From: Octopus bimaculoides
Taxonomy: Eukaryota
Reading direction: 5' to 3'
Assembly (NCBI RefSeq): GCF_001194135.2
Contig: NC_068982.1
Coordinates: forward strand, 42,984,344 to 43,017,231
DNA: 32,888 nucleotides
The notes under the pieces were generated by a model. It was not told where the DNA came from and made no database searches. It worked only from the letters and a program-made list of their open reading frames with translations. This document shows, piece after piece, positions 10,832-20,790 of this stretch. The position numbers were made by a program, and so were the translations under genes. Numbering within the stretch: the first letter of the stretch is position 1; every line of letters starts with the position of its first letter.

Positions 10832-10960
10832 NNNNNNNNNNNNNNNNNNNNNNNNNNNNNNNNNNNNNNNNNNNNNNNNNNNNNNNNNNTATATATGCAT
10901 ACACATGCATACACGCACATACATACATATATACATACATACATACATACATACATACAT
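10785..10960. repeat. (TA)n, N-gap 10832-10889, (CATA)n
   Basis: Directly visible. Confidence 0.95.
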
Positions 10961-11326
10961 CTTCAAATTAAATAAAAATAAAAATATTCGCTTTGTATCG
11001 CGATTTCTCCAAGGTCTCTTGAAAATCAATAAACTATTTGTGACAATCTTCGCGTATTATTGATATATGTGAACATGAACAAATGTATTAGAATCTCTTC
11101 ATGTGACAAATATTTGCTTTTTTAACCACGAGGATCATATTTGGATGTTTAAGTTTTAAGTGTAAGAATGTGTAAAAATAATCCTCTTAATTGGAAACAT
11201 TCATCTTATGTTTTCGTTTAATATATTTTCATGGACGTAGATATACGTATAGACACATACATATGCATACACACGCACAGATGCGCGCGCACACACACAT
11301 ACTTACGTATAATTACATATATACAT

Positions 11327-11449
11327 ATGTGTGTGTGTGCGTGTGTGTGTGTGTGTGCGTGTGTGTGTGTGCGTGTGTGTGTGTGTGTGTGTAAGCATGT
11401 ATGTATATCAATATATATGTATAGGTGTGATCTGGTGTGTTTCTGTCAT

Positions 11450-11497
<48 letters not shown>
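11327..11497. repeat. (TG)n (to 11392) and (CT)n(AT)n (11450-11497) microsatellites
   Basis: Directly visible. Confidence 0.93.
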
Positions 11498-11498
<1 letters not shown>

Positions 11499-11817
11499 CC
11501 CTAATTCTTTTGTCCCTCTGCCTCTACTTCTCTCTCTTCTATCCCCACGTGACCGGTGTTCGGCTAAGTCTGACCTTTCTTGCGCGGCTATTGTGCGTGC
11601 AATATCGTTATTTCTCCATTTGCCTGTGAAATCTTGTATCCCGGCTGTAAGGCCTTATTTCCATATACACCAGCTTAATTTTATTCGTCCTTAGTCGAAA
11701 GACACCTGTTCTTATGTCCCGTTATTATTCCTACTGTATTTGGGTAACATTGTTCGTTTTTTCCGTCCTTGTTTTTGTATACATTCTCTGCTTTCTTCCA
11801 AGGAATCTAATGCTCTA

Positions 11818-11980
11818 ATGAGTTCAAATTCCGCCGATTTCGACTTTCCCTTTCATCCCTCCGGGTCAATAAATTAAGTACCAGTTACGCACTAGGGGGT
11901 CGATATAATCGACTTAATCCCTTTGTCTGTCCTTGTTTGTCTCCTCTATGTTTAGCCCCTTGTGGGCAATAATGAAATAA
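11818..11980 (+). mobile_element. SINE family 1, 5'-truncated, with Tx1-like 3' tail
   Basis: gagttcaaattccgccg...gtcgatataatcgacttaatccctttgtctgtccttgtttgtctcctctatgtttagccccttgtgggcaataatgaaataa. Confidence 0.9.
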
Positions 11981-12185
11981 GAAACGTTAGCACGCCGGGC
12001 GAAATTCTTTGCGATATTTCTTCTGTCTTTATGTTCTGAGCTCAAATTCCACCGAGGTCGACTTTGCCTTTCATCCTTTCGGGGTCGATACATTAAGGAC
12101 CAGTTGCGTACTGCGTCGATCTAATCGACTGCCCCCCCTCCCCCCAAATTTCCAGCTTTGTGTCTAGAGTAGAAAAAATATTTCT
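11981..12185 (+). mobile_element. SINE family 1, lacking the first ~14 nt, standard tail
   Basis: Starts gaaacgttagcacgccgggcgaaat and ends tgtgtctagagtagaaaaaata. Confidence 0.9.
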
Positions 12186-12189
12186 AAAA

Positions 12190-12404
12190 GGTGCCGAGCT
12201 GGCATAAACGTTAGCAAGCCGGGCGAAATGCTTAGCGGTATTTCGTCTGTCTTTATGTTCTGAGTTGAAATTCCGGCGAGGTCGACTTTGCCTTTCATCC
12301 TTTAGAGGTCGATAAATTAAGTACCAGTTGCGTACTGAGGTTGATCTAATTGACTGACCCTCCACCCAAAATTTCGGACCTTGTGCCTAGAGTAGAAAAG
12401 AATA
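12190..12404 (+). mobile_element. SINE family 1, full-length
   Basis: ggtgccgagctggcataaacgttagc (A-box-like), gagttgaaattcc (B-box-like), tail gtgcctagagtagaaaagaata. Confidence 0.92.
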
Positions 12405-13178
12405 GGATCTTTTTTAAAACGGGGGCCACATTTTTCATTAATGTTTTACGTAGTGTTTTTGGTACCGAAAGACTTTCAAACTTCGTATACTTATCTATTT
12501 TGTNNNNNNNNNNNNNNNNNNNNNNNNNNNNNNNNNNNNNNNNNNNNNNNNNNNNNNNNNNNNNNNNNNNNNNNNNNNNNNNNNNNNNNNNNNNNNNNNN
12601 NNNNNNNNNNNNNNNNNNNNNNNNNNNNNNNNNNNNNNNNNNNNNNNNNNNNNNNNNNNNNNNNNNNNNNNNNNNNNNNNNNNNNNNNNNNNNNNNNNNN
12701 NNNNNTGTCTTATTTCGATAATTTCAACCAATCACTGACAAGTATTCAGTTGTTTACATTTACTCCTTTGGCTCATTAAGCGATGTAAAGCGTATTTAAT
12801 CTCCATACCTTCGTTTTATTTGCTTTTTTCATTTTAAATTTGCTTTTTTCATTTTAAATTTGCTTTAACCCTAACCCTAACCCTAACCCTAACCCTAGGG
12901 TTAGGGTTAGGGTTAGAGTTAGGGTTAGGGTTAGGGTTAATTGTTTCAGAATCGTTTGTTTATGTAGTCGGCACTTAATGTATATCGGCTGAATGGACGT
13001 CAGTGATTGGTTGAAATTACAGAAATACGACAACTTTAACATGGAATAATTTATGGATTTCTTTTTTTTTTAAGAAGACTAAGAGAAAAAGATGTTTTAT
13101 ATGACACATTCTACCAGTGTTCCAAGTTTCAAAGTGTTTCGTTAATGAAAAATGTGGCCCCCGTTTTAAAAAAGATCC
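12405..13178. mobile_element. Non-autonomous TIR element (MITE), perfect 37-bp TIRs, 8-bp TSD; Merlin-like
   Basis: ggatcttttttaaaacgggggccacatttttcattaa (12405-12441) has its exact reverse complement at 13142-13178. TSD aaagaata at 12397-12404 and 13179-13186. GG termini plus an 8-bp TSD fit Merlin; the superfamily is inferred. N-gap 12504-12705. Confidence 0.9.
12865..12940. repeat. Inverted telomeric-type array (TAACCC)5-TAGGG-(TTAGGG)6 with one TTAGAG variant
   Basis: Directly visible; palindrome centre CCCTAGGG at 12893-12900. Confidence 0.97.
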
Positions 13179-13382
13179 AAAGAATATATATTATAACGTA
13201 AAAAGTATAATAAACAAACTAATAGATTAACACTAACTAAAGTTATATCTTATTACATAATAGCGCCAATCCATAAATAGATTAACACCGCAAAGTATCA
13301 CAAAGTATCACAAAGTAGTTAGAGCACATACAAAAATGCATTAATTATTGACACAAGAATCTTTTATAATTACTTTTTTTTT

Positions 13383-13585
13383 CTACTTTATTCAGTCATT
13401 GTAATGCTGTTATTCCGGAGCAGCACCTTAAAGAGTTTAGTCGAACGAATCGACCCCCAGTTTTTTCATTTTTCAGTCTGGTAATTATTCTATCGGATCC
13501 CTTTTGTTGAGCCACTAAATTATGTGATCATAACAAACAAACACGTGTTAAGTGGTGCCGGGTTACAAAGATTCACACACATACA
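13383..13585 (-). mobile_element. SINE-like interspersed repeat, family 3
   Basis: ttcagtcatt...ggagcagcacctt...tttagtcgaacgaatcgacccccag...aattattctatcgg is the reverse complement of a sequence homologous to 31598-31810. Confidence 0.65.
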
Positions 13586-13654
13586 CACACATACGCATAC
13601 ATACATACTTACATACTTAGGAGAAAATCTATAAAACAAACTAGCAACATTTCC

Positions 13655-14232
13655 ATCAATGATTTGACTGTTTCCCCTACATCTGACGAAGAATGTTACA
13701 GGTATCTAGGGGTGAATGAAAACATATTTTACAATGACACCTGTAACAAAACACGTGTCACTAAAGAATATTACAGCCGAATCGAGAAAATTTGGACCTT
13801 AGAACTCTCTTCGCTCAATAAAACAATGGCCCACAATGTGTTTGCAGTGCCATTACTCATGCTAAAATTTGGGCTGCTTGATTGAACGCTTCATGAGATC
13901 CGAGCCATTGATGTCAAAACCCGAAAAATACTAACAAGCATACATAATTTCAACATAAACAGTGACGTAGAACGCCTCTACCTAAAACGAAAACAAGGCG
14001 GCAGATGCTTAACATCGGTCCAAAATGCTTTTGAGAATATCGTATCATATCTATTCGGTAACATCTTTTAAACATCAAGTGTCGAAGTGTATCCCTTTAA
14101 AAAATTTGCACAAATGAGGCTAATAACATCATAAGACTTGGAAGGCAGCTTCTTGAGCAACATTCTTTGGCCAAAAAAGTCGCATGACTCTACGTCAACG
14201 TATTATCAGTTAAAAGGATGAGCCTATATGCG
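13655..14232 (+). mobile_element. R4/Dong-clade non-LTR fragment (RT C-terminus/thumb)
   Basis: YRYLGVNE...KEYYSRIEKIWTLELSSLNKTMAHNVFAVP...FGLLD*T..EIRAIDVKTRKILT...DVERLYLKRKQGGR, then frameshifts. Confidence 0.85.
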
Positions 14233-14490
14233 CAGAAATTTTTGTTGGGTCAGTTTAAGTTAATGGTAAAGCACTGGACGCGTAATCACGGGGATCTGAG
14301 TTCGTGTCTCATGGCTGGCCGCCAACAGATTTTTCTGCAAAATATGGATGGTTTTATCTTGTTCGTGCTATATTATTGGCACTATCATGCGTTTGAGAAT
14401 AAAATTATTTCCTTATCTGTATCTTTCAATACATCGCAACGCTTCGAAAGCAAACATTGTTGACTTTCAACGTAAGTAGAATTTAATATA
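14232..14490 (+). pseudogene. tRNA-Thr(CGT)-like cassette, unit 1 (tRNA-like 14249-14319) + shared ~170-bp body
   Basis: Acceptor gtcagtt/ggctggc, D-arm aatggtaaagc, loop cgcgtaa, T-arm ctgag-ttcgtgt-ctcat. The anticodon stem is defective. Flanked by a 17-bp inverted repeat. Confidence 0.7.
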
Positions 14491-14616
14491 TATATATTTA
14501 ACATCTCATACATTCATTTACACATACATAAAATAACTGAGGATATTTCCAAAAAGATCATCTAAGACATTAAGTCAGACAACAATAAATTCAAAATTGC
14601 ATCCATGCTAAACATA

Positions 14617-14870
14617 TGAAAAAAATCTGTCGGTGACCAATCATGAAACACGAACTCATATCCCTGTGAATACACGGATAGTGCATTACCATAAAGCTAA
14701 ACTGTCCCAACGATCATTTCTGTAAAATATGGATAGTTTATCCTGTTCATGCTATACTATTAGCAATATCCTGCGTTTGAGAATAAAATTATTTTCTTAT
14801 CAATATCTTTCAATACTCTCAGCGCTTCTAAAACAAACTTTTTTTATTTTCAACTTAAGCTGAATATAAC
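14617..14870 (-). pseudogene. tRNA-like cassette, unit 2: head inverted (14634-14707, minus), body on plus strand
   Basis: The reverse complement reads gttgggacagtttagctttatggtaatgcac...atgagttcgtgtttcatgattggtcaccgacagattttt. The downstream ctgtaaaatatggatagtttatcctg body matches units 1 and 3 in plus orientation. Confidence 0.75.
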
Positions 14871-14914
14871 GTACGATAGCATCTTATAATGCTAGATCTA
14901 TATATCTTAAATTT

Positions 14915-15110
14915 GCAGAAGAATTTGTCGTTAGGTCAGTTTAACTTAATGGTAAAGCATTGACGCGTAATCACAGAGATGTGAGTTCAAGACTCCTGGC
15001 TGGCCGCCGACAGATTTTTCTGTAAAATATGGATAGTTTATCCTGTTCATGTTATTATTAGCATTATTCTGCGTTCGAGAATAAAATTATTTCCTTATCT
15101 GTACCTTTCA
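14915..15110 (+). pseudogene. tRNA-Thr(CGT)-like cassette, unit 3 (tRNA-like 14935-15005) + body
   Basis: ggtcagtttaacttaatggtaaagcattgacgcgtaatcacagagatgtgagttcaagactcctggctggccgccgacagatttttctgtaaaatatgg. It runs into the N-gap 15118-15378. Confidence 0.7.
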
Positions 15111-15417
15111 TGTATATNNNNNNNNNNNNNNNNNNNNNNNNNNNNNNNNNNNNNNNNNNNNNNNNNNNNNNNNNNNNNNNNNNNNNNNNNNNNNNNNNNN
15201 NNNNNNNNNNNNNNNNNNNNNNNNNNNNNNNNNNNNNNNNNNNNNNNNNNNNNNNNNNNNNNNNNNNNNNNNNNNNNNNNNNNNNNNNNNNNNNNNNNNN
15301 NNNNNNNNNNNNNNNNNNNNNNNNNNNNNNNNNNNNNNNNNNNNNNNNNNNNNNNNNNNNNNNNNNNNNNNNNNNNNNTATATGTATATGTTTTATATAT
15401 ATATATATATATAAAAC

Positions 15418-15451
<34 letters not shown>

Positions 15452-15837
15452 AGTACATACGTTCATATATAAAATTAAGAAACAACACCTCCTCTCCGCA
15501 CTTTAAGATGATATGCATTGATAAGATCTCTCCTTCCCTCTCTGTCTTGCTAAACTGCTTATCGAGATAAATAATACAGAAGCGTTGTTCTTTCTTTTCA
15601 AATGAATCTCTTGTAACGCTTTCTTCTGATTTTACTATGTTTTTTTATTACATTTTACGGGACCTTACAAGAGCCAGGCTATTATTAAGAGTGTGTGGCT
15701 CAGTATATGGCCCCTGTCATCTAGGTGACAATCGACCGTCAGAATTATAGAGTTAATGCTTGACATTAGTGCCATTGATACAGAAGATAAGAGAATCAAG
15801 AGATGGGGAGATTAGTGGATGAGGTTAGAAGCAAGAG

Positions 15838-16106
<269 letters not shown>

Positions 16107-16427
16107 GGGGGCGCAATGGCCCAGTAGTTAGGTCAGCGGACTCGTGATAGGAGGATCGCGGTTTCGATTCCCAGACCGGGCGTTGTGTGTGTTTATTGAG
16201 CGAAAACACCTAAAAGCTCCACGAAGCTCCGGCAGGGGGTGGTGGTGACCCCTGTTGTACTTTATCGCCCCAACTTTCGCTCACTCTTTCTTCCTTCCTG
16301 TTTCTTGAGTAAAGCTGCGATGGACTGGCGTCCTGTCCAGCTGGGAGGAACACATAGGTCATAGAAACCGGGAAAACGAGGCCATGAGCCTGGCTAGGCT
16401 TTAAAAGGGCGCATAATAATAAATAAT
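16107..16427 (+). mobile_element. tRNA-derived SINE, head A + 3' module Y
   Basis: The first ~190 nt are homologous to 6997-7190. It then diverges into gctgcgatggactggcgtcctgtccag...gaaaccggg...aaaagggcgcat and an (aat)n tail. Confidence 0.9.
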
Positions 16428-16429
16428 AG

Positions 16430-17720
16430 ATATATATGGTGGTTGTCTACTCCTTATACTGTATCTGACCACCTCCTGTACCTATACCTTAGATCCATCA
16501 TGGCGTCTGGCGTGGCTTTTTAAACCAGAAAATATTTTGAAGAGACACCCACATAGATTGCACATCCGATTTGGACCAGCAAGAGCTGCAGTTTTGTTCT
16601 GATCTTTTGAGATCTTAAAATGTCTTTTGAGGCTTCTTTAGATTTGTAGACCTTATGGCACTGAAAGGCATGCATAGACATATAGGCAGAATAGTTGGTG
16701 GCGGTTCATTTCACATAGGTCCGCAAATGAGATTTGAGCCCAGCAAAAGAAAGCATGGTCTGTCACAAACTGTGCATACAAAAAGGTCATTGTACTTCAC
16801 CTGCTCGATCGTAACATTCCTCTTTAAATCTCTCTTGAGTCTTGCATCCGTTATTCTGGCCTCTTCAAGCGCTTTCACTCCACATCACACACTTTTTCGC
16901 CATCCAGCTCGATCCAAAGCAATGGTTTCTATGTCCTCTGGATCCATTCCAAGTGACTTCATGGTAGTCCTTATGCCGTCCTTAAACCTCTTTTCAGGTT
17001 TACACCGATAGCGTTTCTCCTCTCCAAGTTCACCATAAATCAGCACTTCGGGTGTGCGTTCATCCACCATTGGAACAATATGGCTACACCACTACATTTG
17101 GTTTTTCAGAATCATTGCTTTAATTGAAGTGATGCTTGCAGACGCAAGAACATCTTTGTTCGGAGTTAAAGAACTCCATTTAATGTTTAAAATGCGATGA
17201 AAGCATTTTTGGAGGAATTGTTCTAACAATTTGAAATGTCTTTCATAACACGCCCATGTTTCAGAAGAATACAACAGAGATGGTAAGACAAATGATTTGT
17301 AAAGAGCCAATTTTGTGTTGTTATTTATATGTCGTTGGCCCCAAACGCGTGACTCCAAACCCTTTGAATTCGCAGATTTATTTCTGTGTCCAGACATCCA
17401 TCATTCTGTACAGAGCTTCCAAGGTAGATGAAAGAATCTACAACCTCAAGTAAGTTACCCTTAAAAATGTTATGGTGCCACAAACAGCACCATATGCAAG
17501 GGGATACATTACAACTGGGTTTTTTTTTTCAAGTTGATGGTGAAACCAAAATCATCACAATCTGAGTCAAATACAGATACAAAGAATTGCAGACCTGTTT
17601 CAGAATAACTGACTAGATCGTTATCGTCAGCATATGAATTCCCTAATGAGTAAAATAAAAACCTTCGTTTTGAATTTCATAGGGCGGAGAAACACCCGAG
17701 CAGCCAACGGCATCCGAGAA
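16430..17720 (-). mobile_element. RTE (BovB-like) LINE 3' half: RT to C-terminal zinc fingers and 3'UTR
   Basis: KTKVFILLIREF-YADD (17623-17634), FIYLGS, TKLALYKSFVLPSLLYSSETW, LIYGEL, KRFKD...ALDRAGWR, C2H2 fingers, stop at 16482-16484. Multiple stops and frameshifts. Confidence 0.92.
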
Positions 17721-17997
17721 TTCAGATCGCTAAGATGTGGTAGCTACGCGACTCGAACATAAAGGTTATCTCTATTGTCATCGGAGCATTGGATGCAACA
17801 CCATCCAATCTAAAAAAGAAAACATCTGAAAACCTTAGAAATACCCTACAATCTTGATGTATTGCAAAAGTCGGCATTACTCTGCATGCATATTGCGTAA
17901 AGTACTGTCTGTCTGAGGTCCTTGTGAGTTGACAAAGCCCCAGTAGACACACTATCTTCAATCAACAACCTCGTGATATTGTGTACTGTACGACATC

Positions 17998-17999
<2 letters not shown>
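17721..17999 (+). mobile_element. R4/Dong-clade 3' end (RLE endonuclease C-terminus + 3'UTR)
   Basis: FQIAKMW*L...IKVISIVIGAL...LQKSALL..HILRKVLSV*, followed by (TAA)n. Confidence 0.82.

Positions 18000-18058
<59 letters not shown>
18000..18058. repeat. (TAA)n array, ~19 units
   Basis: Directly visible; lies between the R4 3' end and a minus-strand SINE 3' end. Confidence 0.97.
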
Positions 18059-18061
<3 letters not shown>

Positions 18062-18150
18062 TCAAATGTTGGCACAAGGCCAGAAATTTCGAGGAAGGAG
18101 CTTAGTCGATTACATCGAACACAGTACTCAACTGGTATTTATTTTATCGA
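18059..18150 (-). mobile_element. SINE family 1, 3' fragment
   Basis: ttggcacaaggccagaaattt...agtcgattacatcga...actggtatttattttatcga. Confidence 0.8.
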
Positions 18151-18169
18151 ATACAACTCTGTTGTCAAC

Positions 18170-19154
18170 GCGGAAAACAGTCCAGGATGCTTGCTGCTCT
18201 TATAATTAGCAATACGATAGCTACCGAAAATATGATACACCTAAAATCGTTTAAGAAAAAATATGAATAACAAAGATTAAACAGCAGGAAGATGAAAACA
18301 ATGCGTCGGCAACACCTCAGAGAAACAGAAGGGAAAGACAAGACTAACACCAAGTAGTGGCTAAGAAGAAAAGTGATCTGAAAGGATGCACCGGAGAATT
18401 GGATATACTGCGTCCAGGAATATGCTCTGGGAACTAATTATACCATGTTCCAAATAGATAAGAATTGCCTCTTTGTAGGATTTGTGGCAGCAAAAAACGA
18501 AACGATCTCACATGTTGAGAGAGAGTGTAGCAAACTGGGCCAAAAGGAATACAATAGGAAATACGATAATATGGCTAAGTTTGTTCACTGGTGATTGTGT
18601 GAGAAGTTCAGTCTTGGAAGAACACAGAAATGGTACGAAAATGAATCAGAAGGCATTACTGAAAATAATGAATCGTGTAGGATTTTACAATCCAATTTAA
18701 CTCTCTAACAGGCGCCCGAAGACCAGACAGTTTTGTAGTAGATTAGTGGGAAAAGGAAACTAAGATTATTGACATTGCCATATCTGCAGGCACACGCGGA
18801 TGTGACCAAGAGCTGGGAATGGTGGGAAAATACTAGTTATTAAAATACGAAATTGCAAAAATGCCAGCAGAGTAGCTATCATTTCATTATTTGTATGGGC
18901 ACTAACAACCAAGATCGAGAAATATGTTGGAGAGATTGGAATTGACATGAGGGTTGAGCATGATAAAAAAAACTGCTCTGTTGGAGGATTTTGTGATTGG
19001 TATTTGGGTGTTAAGTATCTTCCAGGATATTTAACATCGAGGTTCTGAGTTTTATAATTCGTAGAAAGAAACCTTGAGAGACCCAGGGAGACCTTTGACA
19101 ACAGGTTGCTGTCCGCCCACACAGAATTAATCGGAGCAAGTAAGATGTAAAATA
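18170..19154 (+). mobile_element. R4/Dong-clade fragment: CCHC knuckle + PD..D RLE endonuclease + 3'UTR
   Basis: CRICGSK-ETISHVEREC (18474-18528, +1 frameshift), VHW*LCEKF, KWYE, RRPD (18717-18728), IIDIA (18766-18780), GKY*LLKYEI, KTALL. Confidence 0.88.
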
Positions 19155-19242
19155 GAAGAAGAAGAAGAAGAAGAAGAAGAAGAAGAAGAAGAAGAAGAAG
19201 AAGAAGAAGAAGAAGAAGAAGAAGAAGAAGAAGAAGAAGAAG

Positions 19243-19271
<29 letters not shown>
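19155..19271. repeat. Perfect (GAA)39
   Basis: Directly visible; it is the source of the poly-Leu ORF 18766-19311. Confidence 0.97.
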
Positions 19272-19273
<2 letters not shown>

Positions 19274-19519
19274 GTATACATAAAATTACATTCAGTGAAG
19301 ATGCTATGCACTACACACCATCACTCACACATACATATATGTATATTCCTTTTTACGGTTGAATTTGAAGTAGAATATATATATATAAATAATAGCGTGT
19401 ATATATTGGGTTAAAAACCCATTAGACCGAAAATGTCCCAGGCTGCCGTAAGATACGAGAATTTAGAAATTACATTAAGAAATCTAGGGTAAATAGTTTC
19501 TCTCTTGTTATTCCTCTCA

Positions 19520-20400
19520 GCAATGAGCTAAAAGTAGGCTCATTCACTCGAACCAGGGTTGCTAATCTCGTCTACATTTAATTAACTTACAAGGGGGGCG
19601 GGCAGTATCCATTTCTCTAGCCTTGACATCTGTAATTAGAATTTGAAAAAATTGAGGGCCTGGTCGAAGAAAAGTGTCCACATTCCTTTCAGTTGTGTCC
19701 CTCACATGGCCTCTTTCGCCATTGCCACTAGGCAGAGCAATCTGCGGGTACGAACCATGTGTCTCTAAAAACGATTTCATCACTCGGCACACATTTCCAA
19801 CAAAGCTGGCTGGCGGTAGTTCTGTGCTTGCAGAGATTATCCCGAACCAGCATTTCACTTAGGTGGTATTACTAGGTCAAAGATTCTTATAATTTATCCA
19901 TAGTGCACCGAAATAACCCAACCGGATAGCTTTCCTGTTGACAACCAAAATTTCCTCCAGAATGTTGCTTCTCTTTCTCACCACAAGCTCTGACAGTATT
20001 ACATTAGTCTCGATGTGCTCTAACACTGGACTGTAGCTCCATCAGGTAGGCGAGCTGTTGACAAAACAGTATCAGACAAATTTGTTCTTCATTCAGAAAG
20101 CTCTACAGATGTCATAGTCTCATCATTATCCACGGCATATCGACCCCTCTGAGCAGAAAGCGTTAATAGTAGATGCATCTTCTAGCCAGCGAAACATCTT
20201 TACACAACAAGCGTAAAAGCAGACGTTCCAACCAGACCAGAACTGGGACAGGGTATGACTGTCGAAGAGTAATATATAACGACGGCGACATACACGTTCA
20301 CTACGTCTATCTTGAACCTTCATGAATAGCTTTTTCTCAGAACGTAATAAATATTCAAATTAGGTGGCTTCGGACTTTTGCTATTTTGCATGATTGTTCA
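19520..20400 (-). mobile_element. Old Tx1/L1-like ORF2 3' half
   Basis: Frame-hopping translation: KIDVVNVYVAVVIYYSSTVIPCP, LERLLLRLLCK, RGVDMPWIMMR, LVRDNLCKH...CWKC..DE, LVAMAKEA, LNFFKF*L...RLEK, RLATLVRVNE. Confidence 0.75.
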
Positions 20401-20639
20401 GAAATATTCCTAAACAGGAAATGGGTTATAAACAATGATACTGTAACATTTATTTATAAACATGTTTTATGTTCTGATTTTATTTAAAGAAAACTGGCAT
20501 AGATAAAAATTGCAATAAATGCGCTTAGATTTGTAAACAAGTTTTACGAACAAAACTAAATATAGTAAATTTCTTTCTCGAAGTTTAGTAATAGATTCAC
20601 AGAAGGAAATATTTATCCTCTCTCGTTATCTCTGTCGTA

Positions 20640-20717
20640 ATCTTTTTCTCTTACTGTCTTCCTCCACGCCTCACTTTTCCTCTGTCTCTGTTTCTCTCTC
20701 GCCCTCGCTCTCTCTCC

Positions 20718-20752
<35 letters not shown>

Positions 20753-20790
20753 ACTCACTCGCCCTCATACAAATTCTCACACAGGCACAA
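20640..20790. repeat. Pyrimidine-rich (CT)n/(CA)n tract
   Basis: Directly visible. Confidence 0.85.

Noticed and set aside
11500-11817. Possible LTR fragment
   Set aside because: It looks repeat-like, but there is no second copy, TG..CA pair, TSD, PBS or PPT in the window.
12865-12940. Ancestral telomere-telomere fusion site
   Set aside because: The polarity is (CCCTAA)n-(TTAGGG)n, the reverse of a fusion. The array is short and lies inside a TIR element with a TSD.
14249-15005. Functional tRNA-Thr genes
   Set aside because: Anticodon stems are mismatched or short, acceptor stems rely on several G-T pairs, and there is no clean T-run terminator right after the 3' end.
14232-15110. CRISPR-like repeat-spacer array
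   Set aside because: Eukaryotic context, units of 300-385 bp, no short constant repeats with unique spacers, and no cas genes.
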